Positions 51,340-64,000 of a stretch of 64,000 bases of DNA are shown piece by piece. A program made the position numbers and the translations under genes. The stretch is taken from the NCBI RefSeq assembly GCF_902713615.1, contig NC_052157.1, forward strand, positions 79,549,411 through 79,613,410, read 5' to 3'. The stretch is from Scyliorhinus canicula (taxonomy: Eukaryota). Below the pieces are notes generated by a model. It was not told where the DNA came from. It saw only the letters and a list, made by a program, of their open reading frames with translations, and made no database searches. Each line of letters opens with the position of its first letter. Position 1 is the first letter of the stretch.

Positions 51340-52650
51340 ACTGCTATCCTCCGACCGCACTATGGAAAATCAGACCATGAGACGGTGATTAATCCCGTGG
51401 CATATAAACAGTATCTTAATCGGCAGATACCGGCTAAAAGGTCGTGCTGTGCTTTTCCGTGAACATTTGCGATCTCCGACATGACTACTTGGAGACACTG
51501 AACTGGTCCGTATTTAATAACTCAGTCACCAACCTAAAAGCATATGCCATCACCGTCAAAGACTTCATCACCAAATGTGAGGACGACTGCACGTCAAAAA
51601 AGCGATACGTACATTCCCAAAATAGAAGCCATGGTTTAATCGGGAGATTGACAACCGACGGAAGAACACGTCTGAGGTGTTCGTGACAGGTGACCCTGAC
51701 CTACGGAAAATATCCAAAGACGAACTCCGCAAAGTCATCTGGGATGCCAAGAGAGAATACGAAATAAAAATCGCTTATTATCACAAGTAGGCTTCAAATG
51801 ACGTTACTGTAAAAAACCTCTAGTCTGCCATTACAGACTCTTGTCGGTTGTGGCAAGGCCGAAACAATATAACGGGCTACAATGCGAAGCCGAGCAGTTT
51901 CTCCAGGAGCAGCGCACCCCTCCACAATCAATTGAATTAACTATATAATCGCTTCGAGTATGAACTATTGATCCGCTGTGGAGTGCCCCAGCAGGCCAAA
52001 ATAAATCCACACCCACACACCTTCACAGCTTCCGAAGTAAGAACGGATTAATTGGAAGTGAACCCTCGGAGGCCATGTGTCCTGATGGGATCCCTGGTCA
52101 TGCACTCAGAGATGCGTGGACTGTGTTTAGCGACATATTTAAGCTGTTCCAAGTCCGCTTCGAGTTCCCCACCTGTTTCAACAAGATCACAATCATGCCT
52201 GTCCCAAAGAAGAACCAGGCAACCTTCATTAATGGGAACCATCCGCTGGCTCTCACATAAATCGTTAGTAAGTATTTCTAGAGATTGGTGATGGAGCGCA
52301 ACAGCTTCCTACTCTCGAATGCGCAGATCGGCTGCAATTCCCAAACTGCCACAACCGGTGCACAACAGGTGCCCTCACCCTGGCCCTACACTCATCCCTC
52401 GAACATCTCGACAACAAAGACTCCAATGTGAGACTCCTATTTATTGACTACAACTCCGCCTTCAATAGCATAATCCCAGGCAAACTCAAATCAAAACGCT
52501 AAATCCTAGGACTTGGCTCCTGTGCAATTGAATCATCGACTTTCTGACGCACAGAACACAATAAGTAAGAATAAACACCAACACCTCCACAAGATAGTCC
52601 CCAATACCGGAGCACCGCAACGCAGCGCAATTAGCCCACTACTACACTCG
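51340..52650 (+). mobile_element. Rex1/Babar-like LINE RT relic inside the satellite
   Basis: [56 protein letters not shown]. Confidence 0.8.
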
Positions 52651-55600
52651 GTCAGTCTCACCTTCAGCCACTCCCTATTACTCAGACTCTGTCCTTAACC
52701 CTCTCAATCATTCTCACTCACTCGTTCTTACTCACTCAGTTTCTCACTCACTCACGCACTTTCACCTACGGGCAATCATGCACTCTCACACTCGGACACT
52801 CTATCACTCACTTATTCTCATGAACATGCTCGCATTCACTCTCTTTCTCATGCACTCTCACTCACTCACTCTCAGTCACTCACTCTCACTCACTCTCTCT
52901 CGCACGCACTCACTCCCCCTTACTCTTACTCACTAATACTCACTCACTCTCGTTTATCCACTATCACTTATTGACTCTCACTCTCTTTCGTTCGCTAATT
53001 CTAACACACTCTCTCTCAATCTCTCACTACCAAACATATCTCTCACTCAGTCTCACTAATTCTTACTTTAACTCTGTCACTCCCTCTCACTCATTCAGTC
53101 TCCCTTACTCGCTCACTCTCACTCATTCACTGACTCACATGCTCACTCACATTCAATCACTTTCTATCTCTCACTCACTCTCTGACACTCACTCTCACTC
53201 ATTCACTTTCAATACTTTCTGTCACTCATTCTCTCACTAACTTACACTCACTCACTCTCTCTCACTTACACACTCTCTCTCACTATCTCCCACATACTCT
53301 CACTCACACTCAATCTCACTCTGTCTCACTCTCTCTCACTCACATTCTCGTACTCCGTCCCTGTGTCTCACTCAGTCTGACTCGCTCACCCTCAGCCTCT
53401 CACACTCATCCTCACTGACTCACTCTCACTCACAAAATATCAACGACAATCTCTCAATCACTCTCACTCACACTCACCCGCACTCTCTGAGTCACCCTCA
53501 CTCACTCTAACTCCCCCTCACTCTCACGCCTCAATCACTCTCTCCCTCTCACTCACTCCCTCTCTCTCACTCGCTCATTCTCATTCAACAACTCACTTTC
53601 TCTCTCACAATCAATTTCTTTCTATTTCTCACTCGCTCTCACGCACTCATTTACTCACATACATTCACTCTCAAAACTCTCTCACGCATTATCACTCACT
53701 CACTCTTTCACTCTCATTCACACATCTTTCTCACTCAGAAACTCCCTATTTCACTGACTCACTCTCACTCAGTCCTTCTTACTCACACTCAGTCACTCAC
53801 GAACTCTTACTCAGGCTCACCTAGTCACAGACACTCACTCTCACTCACTAACCCACGCAGTCACTTTCACTAGCTCACTCACTCACTCACAACTCCACTC
53901 ACTCTCACTCTCTCTAACCTTCTGTCACTTACTATTTCTAACTCACTCGTACTCACACTCACTCACTGTCATTCTCTCTCACTCACATTCTCACACTCAG
54001 TTACAGTATCTCACTCATTCTCACCCATTCACTCTCAACCTCTCACACAATCACTCTCACTCACTGTCTCTCAGTTTACCTTTCTCCCTCTCTCACTCAA
54101 TCACAATATCTCATACTCACCAACTCACCGACATTATCTCTCTCACTCACTTTCACTTCCTTTCACTCATTTTCACTGCGCCTTATTCGCTCTCATTCCC
54201 TGTCAGCCATTCATTCTCACTTACTCTCTCGTATTGACTCACCCTCTCACACATTCCCTCTCACTCTCTCTCTCACTCACGCATTCTCCGTGTCCCTAAT
54301 TCACTTATTCTTAATCAGTCACTCACTATCGTATTCAATCATCCTCGCTGACTCACTCACAGTCACTCTCTCTCACTCACACTCATTCACTCACTCACTC
54401 TCAGTCTCTCTCACATTACCACACTCAGTCAGTGTGACTCACTCACTCACTATCAACCACAACCTCTCACTCATTCTCACCCACTCTCTCTCAATCGCTC
54501 TCACTCACTTTAACTCACTGTCACTCTCTCTCACGCACATTCTCGCACTCAATCACTGTGCCTTACTCACTCTCACTCTCTTGCCCTCACCCTCTCACAC
54601 ACTCACTCTCACTCACCCACTCTCACACAATCACAATCTCTGACACACTCTCACTCATTCACTCTCACCCACACTCACTCAGGAACTCTCACTCTCTCTA
54701 ACACCCTTTCACTCTCACTCCTTCACTCACTCTCTCCTACTCAATCACTGTCTCTCACTCGCTCACTCTCACTGTATCACTCACGTTCTCTCTCACATTC
54801 AATTTCTTTCTATTTCTCACTCGCTCTCCCTCTCACTCACTCATCATTAGCCACAATATCCAACTCACTCTCACTGACTCTTACTCACATACGCTCTCCG
54901 ATACGAACTCAGTCATTCTCACTCAATTCTACTCACTCTCACTCTGTATCATTCACATTCTCGCACTCAGTCACTGTGTCTCACTCACTCTCACTCACCC
55001 ACCCTCAAAACTCTTTCTCACCTACTCTCTTACTCACTCTCTCTCTCGCATGCACTCTCACTCACACATTCGCAGTCACTCTCACTCACTCACTCTCACT
55101 AATTACTCACTCTCAGTCACGCACTCCCCGTGCCTCTAACTCACTTACTGTCAATCACTCACTCTCACTCTCTTCCTCATTCCATCTCGCTCACTCTCTC
55201 ATACTCACTATCTCTCAATTACTCTCACTCACACTCACTCACTCTCACTCACTTTCTCGCACTCAGTCACAGTGTCTCACTCACCCTCACTCGCGGTCAC
55301 GCTCTCACAGACGCACTTTCACTCACTCATTCTCACTCACTCACTGTCAACCACAATCTCTCACTCACTCTCAACGACATGATCGGAGCCACTCTCACTC
55401 GCTCCACCTCACTGGCACTCACTCACTCACTCTCTCCCTATCACTCAGTCATTCCCTTACTCCCTCTCTCATTCATTCTCATTCATTCCCTCAGTCACTC
55501 ACTCCCACTCATTCTCAGTAACCGACTCTCACACACTATCTCTCAATCACTCACTCTCACTCAGTCACGCTCACCCTCGCTCACACACGTCACTCAATCA

Positions 55601-58600
55601 CTCACTTAATATCAACATCAATCTCTCACTCGCTCTCACTCAGGTACCCGCACCCACTCTCTTACAGCCACTCTCACTCACATTCTCGCACTCAGTAACT
55701 GTGCCTCACTCACACTCACTCACTCACCCTCAACCTCTCACACACTCACTTTCACTCACTCCCTCTCACTCACAATCAAGCACGATCACTCACACATTTG
55801 CACTCACTCACTCTCAACCACACTCCATCAGTCACTCTCACTCACTCTCACTCTCTCTCACTCACATTCTCGCACGAAGTCACTACCTCAGTCACACTCA
55901 CTCACGCTCACCATCTCACAATGACACTGTCACTCACTCACTCTCACTAACTCACTATCATCCACAATCTCTCATAGACTCTAACTCACTGCCTCTCAAC
56001 CACACTCCCTCAGTCACTCTCACTGACTCTAACTCACACTCTCACGCACTTGCGTGCACTCAGTCACTCTGTCCCACTCACACTCACCCTCACCCTCTCA
56101 CACACTCACTCTCACTCGATCACTTAACTCACATACTGTCAGGCACTCTCAGTTACTCTAACTGCCTCTCACTCATTCACTATCAAGCACAATCTCTCGA
56201 ACACTCTTACTCACATTCACGTACTCACTTTCACTCTCATTCACATCCTCGCACTCAGCCACTGCTTCTCACACTCTCTACTCACTCACGCTCACCTTCT
56301 CACACTCTCACTGTCACTCACTCACATTCCCTCACTCACTATCAACCACCACATCTCACTCACTTTCACTCACTCTCACCCATTCCTACTAACTCTCACT
56401 CACTCTCAACTACATTCTCTCAGTCACGCTCGCTCTCTCTAACTCACACTGTCTCCCTCACTCCCTCTCTCCCTCTCAATCACTCATGCAATCTCTCTCT
56501 CTCACTCACTTTCACTCATACCCTCTCAGTCACTCACTCTCACTGATTCTCACTGACTGACATTCACATACTCACACTCTCTCCCACAAACTCTCCCTTA
56601 CTCACGCTCACCCTCTCACACACTCTGTCACTCATTCCCTCTCACTCACTCGTCATCCGTCACAGTATCCAACTCAATCTCACTCACTCTTACTCAATTA
56701 CGCTCACCCACACGCTCTCAGTTATTCTCACTCAATCGTACTCACTCTCACTCTGTATCATTCACATTCTCGCACTCAGTCACCGTGTCTCTCTTACTCT
56801 CACTCATTCACCCTCACATTCTCTCACACTCACTTTCACTCACTCTCACTCACTCAGTATCAATCGCTATCTCTCTCACACTCTCACTCACTCACTCACT
56901 CACATACACTCACTCATTCTCACTCTCCCGCACCATTCTCGAACACTGTCACTGTGTCTCAATCACTCTTACTCACGCTCACCTTCTCACATTCTCACTG
57001 TCAGTCAGTCACTCTCACTCACTATCAACCACAGTCTCACACACTGACACTCACTCTCACTTACTCGTTCTCACCCACAATCTTTCAGGCACTCTCGCAC
57101 ACACTAACGCCCTGTCACATACTCGCACTCAGTCACTGTGGCTCACCCACACTCACTCACTCTCTCCCTCTCACACACTAACTCTCACTCACTCGCTCAC
57201 TCTCACTCACTCGCATTCTCTCTCGCATTCAATCTCTTTCTCTTTCTCACTCGCTTTCTCGCACTAACTCACACACGCTCATTCACTCACAAAACAGTCT
57301 CTCACCTAGTCTCTTACTCTCTCTTTCTGTCACACACTTTCTCACTCACCCTCCCTCACTCACACATTCTCACTCACTCACTTACTCAAGGACTCTCACT
57401 ATGTCTCACTCACTCGCAGACACTCACTCACACGCACTCTCTGATTCACTCACCTCTCCAATCTCTCTCACTCTCTCTAACTATCTGTCACTTACAATCC
57501 CTCAATCACTCTCACGATCTCACTCTCACTCACATTCACGCACTCAGTTATTCAGTCTCGCTCACTCTCTCCCGCTCACTCTCAATCGCTGACACACTCA
57601 TTCTGATTCACTCACAATCACTCATTCTCTCTCTCTCCGTCACTCATTCGCTCTCACTCATACAAACCCTCTCACTCTCCCTCACACACATTCTCGCCCT
57701 CAGTCACACTGTCTCACCAATTCTCAGAAATCGCTCTCACTCTCTCACGCACTCACTCTCACGCACTCACTTTCACTCATTTTCTCTCTTTCGGCATCTC
57801 TCACTTAATCTCACTTTCTTTCAGTCAATCTATTTTAGTCACCCATGCTCCCGCTCACTCACTTTCACTTTCCCTCGCTTATTCTGACTGCGTTTTACTC
57901 ACTCTCAATCTCTCGAAGCCACTCATTCACACGCACTCTCTCTCACTGACTCACTCTCTCTCACTCACTCTCACTCTCCCTCACTCACGCAATCTCCGTG
58001 CATCTAACTTACTTACTGTCAATCACTAACTCTCATCTATTACTCCCCCCACTCTCGTTCACACTATCATACTCACTATCTCTCACTATCTCTCACTATA
58101 TCTCACTCACTAGCTCATGCTCACTCGCACTCACATCCTAGCACTCAATCACTGCGTCTCAGTCACTCACACTCAGTCTCACCCACACTCTCTCAGTGAC
58201 TCACAATCGCTCTAACTCACTGTCACTCCTTCAGACACTCTTTGCTTCTCACTCACTCATGCACTCACTCTCTCTTTCACTCACTCTCACTCTTTCCCTC
58301 TCACTCACTCACTCTCACTCATTCTCATTAACTGACTCTCTCACACGCTCTCTTTCTCACTCTCTCTCACTTACACTGATCCAAAATCTCTCAGTCTATC
58401 TCACTCACTCCAACTCACTCTCACCCTCTCTCGCATTCATTCTCGTACTCAGTCACTGTGTCTCACTCACACTCAATCACTCATCCACTATCAATCACAA
58501 TCTCTCACGCACTCTAACGCACTGTCACTCACTCACACCCACATTCTGGCAGGCACTCTTACTCTTTCTAACTCCCTCTCACTGTCAATCCCTCACTCAC

Positions 58601-61600
58601 TCTCACCCTTTCACTCACTCACTCTCACTCATGTACACTCATTAACTCTCACCCCCACTCTCTCATTCACTCCCACTCGCTGTAACTCATTCTCACTCTC
58701 ACTCCCTTACTCTCACTCACTATCAAGCACAATCTCTCACAGACTCTCACTCACATTCACTCACGCACTCTCACGCTCACTCACATTCTCGCACTCAGTT
58801 ACTGTTTCTCACACTCTCACGCACTTACGCGCACACTCTCACATCCTCACTATCGTTCACTCACTTTCCCTCACTCACTATCAACCACATCTCACTCACT
58901 CTCAGTCACTCTCAGTCACTCTCACGCACACTCTCTCAGTCACTCTCACTCACTCCAACTCACTGACACTCCCTCACGCACACTGTCCCTCTCACTCACT
59001 CATGCACTTACTCTCTCTTTCACTCAATATCACTCATTCCCTCTCATCACTAACTCTCACTCATTCTCATTAACTCATTCTCACACACGCTCTCTTTCTC
59101 ACTCTCTCTCACTCACTCTCATCCAAAATCCCTCAGTCTATCTCAATCACTCAACTCACTCTCACTCTCTCACACTCATTCTCGCACTCAGTCACTGTGT
59201 CTCACTCACACTCAATCACTCACTCACTATCAACCACACTTTCTCACGCACTGTGACTCACTCACCCACATTCTCGCAGTGAGTGTATACGACTAAGTGA
59301 GAGTCATGTGAGTTAGCGTTAGTAAGTTAGTGAGAGTGAGTGAGTTAGAATGAATAAGAATGAGCGAGTGAGAGAGTGTATGTGTGTTAGAGCGAGATGG
59401 TTTTGAGAGTGAATGACTGAGAGGTGAGTGCAAGAGAGCGAGTGTGAAATAGAAAGAGATTGAATGTGAGAGAGTAAGTGAGTGAATGAGTGAGAGTGAG
59501 AGAGAGTTAGTGAACGAGTGAGAGGGAGATAGTGAGTAAGGCAGTGAGAGTGAGAGTCAGGTAGAGTGAGTGAGAGTGCCTGAGAGAGTGGTGGAAGGAG
59601 TGAGTAAGAGTTAGTGAGAGTGTGTTAGAGATTGTGGCTGATAGTGATTGAGTGATAGTGTGTGAGTGAGAGTGGGCGTGTGAGAGTGTGAGGGTGAGCG
59701 AGTGCGATAGAGTGAGAGTGAGTTAAAGTGACGGAGAGAGGCTGAGAAATTGTGGGTGAGAGTAAATGAGAGTGAGTGAGTGGCAGTGAGTATTTCAGAG
59801 GGTGATCGTGTGAGTAAGTGAGTGAGATTGTGAGAGACTGAGTGAGAGATTGCGTTTGATGTTGAGTGAGAGAGAATGAGTGTGTGTGAGGGTCAGCGTG
59901 ATGAGTGAGAGTGAGTGAGAGAGAGTGATAGTTAGTTAGTGAGAGTGAGTGACTGCGAGGGAACAAGTGCGAGTAATTGAGAGAGTGAGTGAGAGTGAGT
60001 GAGAGAGACTGAGAGAGTATGGATGAGACAACGGAAGAGAGAGTGAATGAGAGATTGCGGTTGGTAGTGAGTGAGAGAGAGTGAGTGACAGTGATGTTGT
60101 GAGAGAGTGAGCGTGAGTGAGGGTGTGTGAGAGAGAGAGAGAGTGTGCGAGAGTGAGTTAGTGGGAATGAGTGAGAGTGAGTGATTGAGAGGGTATGCGT
60201 GAGTGAGTGAGAGAGTGCATGAGTGAGTGAGGGCGTGAATAAGTGAGAGTGAGTTACAGCAAGTGAGAGTGACTGAGAGAGTGTGGGTGGGAGGAGTGTG
60301 AGTGAGTGAGACACGCTGACTGAGTGAGAGAGTACGAGTGAGAGAGATTGACGGTGAGTTAGATTAAGTGGAAGTGACTGAGAGCGCGTGGATGAGGGAA
60401 AGTGAGTGAGATTGAGAGAGAGTGAGGAGAGATTGTGGTTGATAGTGAGTGAGAGTGAGTGTGTGTAAGGGTGACCGTGGTGAGTGAGAGAGAGAGAGAG
60501 TGTGTGGTAGTTCGTTAGTGAGAATGAGTGAGAGTGAGTGACTGCGAGGGAACGTTAGTGAGGGTGAGTGTGTGTGAGGGTGAGCGTGGTGAGTGACAGT
60601 GAGTGAGAGATAGATGTGAAATTGTTAGTTAGTGAGAATGAGTGAGAGTGAGTGACTGCGAGAGAACGAGTGAGAGTAAGTGAGAGAATGAGTGAGAGTG
60701 AGTGAGAGAACTGAGTTAGTGTGTGTGAGAGAACGTAATTGTGCGTAAGAGATTTGGTTGATCGTGAGTGAGTGAGAGTGAGTGACAGAGAGTGTGTGAG
60801 AGGGTGAGGGTAGGTGAGGGTGAGTGAGAGAGAGAGTGGGCGAGAGTGAGTTAGTGAGAATGAGTGAGAGTGAGTGAGTGAGAGGGAATGAGTGAGAGTG
60901 CGTGAGAGAGAGTGACAGCATGAGTGAGAGGAAGAGAGGGCGTGAGGGAGTGAGAGAGAGAGAGTGACTGAGAGAGTGTGGGTGAGAGTGAGTGTGAGTG
61001 AGTGAGACACAATGACCCAGTGCGAGAATGTGAGTGAGAGTGAGTGAGTGCGTGTGAGAGTGAGAGACAGTGAGTATGAGAGAGTGAGCGACAGTGAATG
61101 AGTAAAAGATTGAGAATCAGTGATTGACAGTAAGTGAGTTTGATGCACGGAGATTGCGTTGGTGAGAGAGAAAGCGCGAGTAAGTGAGTGAGAGAGAGTG
61201 AGTCAGTATGAGCGAGTACGTGAGAATGAGTGCAATCTCCCAGTCACTCTCTCTTACATTCTATCATCCACACTCTTTCTTTCGCACACTCTCATTCATT
61301 CCCTCTAACTCACTCTCACTCATTTTCATTAACTCACCCTCACACAGGCTCTCTCTCTCACTCTCTCTCACTCACTTACTCTCATCCAAAATCTCTCAGT
61401 CTATCTCACTCACTCGAGCTCACTTTCACTGTCTCTCACAATCATTCTCGCACTCAGTCTCTGTGCCTCACTCACACTCAATCACTCACTCACTATCAAC
61501 CACAATAACTAACGCACTCTAACGCACTATCACTCACTCACCCACATTCTCGCAGGCACTTTCACTCACTCTAACTCCCTCTCAGTCTCAATCCCACACT

Positions 61601-62091
61601 CACTTTCTCCCTTTCACTCACTCACTCACTCACTCGTTCACTCTTACTCACACTCACTAATTCTCACCCACACTCTCTCAGTCACTCCCACTGGCTGTAA
61701 ATCAGTCTCACTCTCACACCCTTACTCTCACTCACTATCGAGCACAATCTCTCACACACTCTCACTCTCATTCACTCACGCATTCTCACTCGCATTCTCA
61801 TACTCAGTTAGTCTTTTCTCACACTCTCACACACTCACCCTCTCACACCCTCACTATCGCTCACTCACTTTCCCTCATTCACTATCAACCACAGCATCTA
61901 ACTCACTCTCAGTCACTCGCAGTCACTCTCATCCGTTCTCACGCACACTCTCAGTCACGCTCACTCGCCCTAACGCACTCTCACTCTCACTGCCTCAATC
62001 ACTCTCTTCCTCTGACTCACTAATGCACTCTCTCTCTCTCTCTCAGTTACTCACACTCACTCATTCCCCCTCAGTCATTCACTCTCACGCA

Positions 62092-62325
62092 NNNNNNNNN
62101 NNNNNNNNNNNNNNNNNNNNNNNNNNNNNNNNNNNNNNNNNNNNNNNNNNNNNNNNNNNNNNNNNNNNNNNNNNNNNNNNNNNNNNNNNNNNNNNNNNNN
62201 NNNNNNNNNNNNNNNNNNNNNNNNNNNNNNNNNNNNNNNNNNNNNNNNNNNNNNNNNNNNNNNNNNNNNNNNNNNNNNNNNNNNNNNNNNNNNNNNNNNN
62301 NNNNNNNNNNNNNNNNNNNNNNNNN
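62092..62325. other. Assembly gap (234 N)
   Basis: Run of N. Confidence 1.
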
Positions 62326-62946
62326 GGCGCTCACCCTTTCACACACTCTCTCAATCTCACTCACTCACTGCCAGCAACAATTTCTAATTAACTGTCACTC
62401 ACTGTCACTCACTCGCTCTCACTCACACTCTGTCAGGCACTCTCACACTAACTCCCTCTCACTCCGTAACTCACTCTTACCCTCTCACTCACTCACTCTC
62501 TCTCACTCGCTCACTCTCACTCAATCACTCACATTCTCTCTCACATTCAATCTCTTTCTATTTCACACTCCCTCTCTCGCACTCACTCACATACGCTCAT
62601 TCACGCTCACACATTCTCTCACCGAGTCTCTTACTCACTCTCTCTCTGTCACACATTTTTCACTCACACTCCCAGACTAACCAATTCTCACTCACTCTCA
62701 CTCACTTAGTGACTCTCACTCAGTCTCAATCACTCGCAGACACTCACTTACACACACTCAGTCACTCACTCTCACTCGGTCTCACTCACATTCTCGCATT
62801 AAGTCACACTCTCACTCACTCTCACCCACTCACTGTGTTCTGGAAAATACAGAATGTGTCATTTGAAACATAGAACTCTGCCAATATCTGGTCTGGGAGA
62901 GTGCAGGGAAAGATCCCACAAGAGGTTGGTGGCAGCTGAAAAGAGC

Positions 62947-63032
62947 AGAAACTGTGGCCAGCTCTTCTGTCAAAAATGCAGTCAATTTCAGTCTGTCAGA
63001 ATTGTTATTACAACCTGCAGCAGGAGAAAGGG
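62947..63032 (+). pseudogene. WDFY3: Fragment of the WDFY3/ALFY C-terminal FYVE domain with an internal frameshifting deletion
   Basis: RNCGQLFCQKCSQFQS in one frame and VCQNCYYNLQQEKG in another; recalled WDFY3 end RNCGQLFCQKCSRFQSEIKRLKISSPVRVCQNCYYNLQHERG. Confidence 0.8.
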
Positions 63033-63081
63033 AAAAAGAAAAAACAGAGTTTGCATACATTTCTTTGTGTTGTTGAAATAT

Positions 63082-63631
63082 TGTAATGGACTGCCCCTTT
63101 AAGCCCCGTAGTCCGTTCCCTATCGGAGGTCCCGATCTCCCGCCAAAAAAGCTAAGCGCGGGCTTCCCTCGCTCCTCCCCCCACGTGCGAGGCAGCAGGC
63201 ATCGGGAAATAAGCAGAACGCGAGGGAGCAGCAACTGGAGAGGTCAGAACGGAGCTCAGAGGAAGGAGGACAGAAAACAGAGAACCAGCATCAGGAGAGA
63301 AGAGGAGGAGAGAGAGAGAGAGAGAGAGATAACTCGGTTATGGGAAAGGCAAAGCAAACAGCTGATTGTAAACGGGAATAGATTTAAAGAAGGCTAGGAT
63401 TTAAAGGTAAAATGTTAAGTTTGGGTCTGAAGGTCCCCAACCAACCAGACAACATCCAAAATCACTAATCTGTTTTCCTTTCTGTAGAGAAAGTGTTTAC
63501 AACTTATAAAAAAAAAGTATGTTAATAATAAAATAATTTAACCTGAAAAAGTGGTTATTAGCTTACTTCACTTCCTTAATAACGCAGGACCCAGGACATC
63601 AATGCTATTAAGGGGTAAGTAGGTAAAATTC
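63082..63631 (+). mobile_element. Possible LTR 5' portion, truncated by CR1
   Basis: Begins TGTAATGGACTGCCCCTTTAAG; GC-rich then AT-rich layout; no partner LTR seen. Confidence 0.3.
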
Positions 63632-64000
63632 TTCGGCCGCATTTGGAGTATTGCGTACAGTTCTGGTCGCCTCATTATAGGAAGGACGTGGAAGCTTTGG
63701 AACGGGTGCAGAGGAGATTTACCAGGATGTTGCCTGGTATGGAGGGAAAATCTTATGAGGAAAGGCTGATGGACTTGAGGTTGTTTTCGTTAGAGAGAAG
63801 GTTAAGAGGTGACTTAATAGAGGCATACAAAATGATCAGAGGGTTAGATAGGGTGGACAGCGAGAGCCTTCTCCCGCGGATGGAGGTGGCTAGCACGAGG
63901 GGACATAGCCTTAAATTGAGGGGTAATAGATATAGGACAGAGGTCAGAGGTGGGTTTTTTACGCAAAGAGTGGTGAGGCCGTGGAATGCCCTACCTGCAA
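63632..64000 (+). mobile_element. 5'-truncated young CR1 RT C-terminus running off the window
   Basis: [42 protein letters not shown]. Confidence 0.93.

Larger units (their letters stand above)
50450..62830. repeat. Long CT-rich (TCAC/TCTC) degenerate satellite with higher-order units, an inverted block at ~59279-61230 and an N-gap
   Basis: Pyrimidine/A-rich strand flips to a GA-rich strand and back; recurrent motifs CACATTCTCGCACTCAGTCACTGTGTCTC and CACTATCAACCACAATCTCTC. Confidence 0.93.

Noticed and set aside
50233-62391. Many Ser/Leu/Thr/His-rich ORFs up to 281 aa
   Set aside because: Translations of TCAC/TCTC satellite that is depleted in stop codons; no coding signal.

Overview
Eukaryotic, repeat-dominated vertebrate DNA. 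The repeat complement points to a cartilaginous fish, most likely a catshark-type shark; this is an inference from the CR1 LINEs with SGNH-esterase ORF1, HE1/V-SINE-like tRNA SINEs, L1, Harbinger, Gypsy and Penelope elements. Mobile elements include a near full-length CR1 (1-4980, minus), a young full-length L1 with a 13-bp TSD (28109-34964, plus), two decayed Harbinger transposons, Gypsy relics, several SINEs and a Penelope palindrome carrying a hammerhead-ribozyme core. A ~12-kb CT-rich satellite (50450-62830) contains an internal inversion and an assembly gap, and is followed by a WDFY3 FYVE pseudogene fragment. The main finding is invisible to the ORF track: five minus-strand micro-exons between 10.7 and 17.7 kb (36, 27, 36, 27 nt plus a terminal exon, all introns phase 1). 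They splice into the C-terminus of an unrecognised protein made of 21-aa, Cys-containing coiled-coil repeats: xRSKIFKDLTHA-EDELNVCQA-DVLILKKLLSDT-ENTLVKCQL-DVFVGQLDHLQA*. Its 5' exons were not confidently found. Boundaries of old repeats are approximate.
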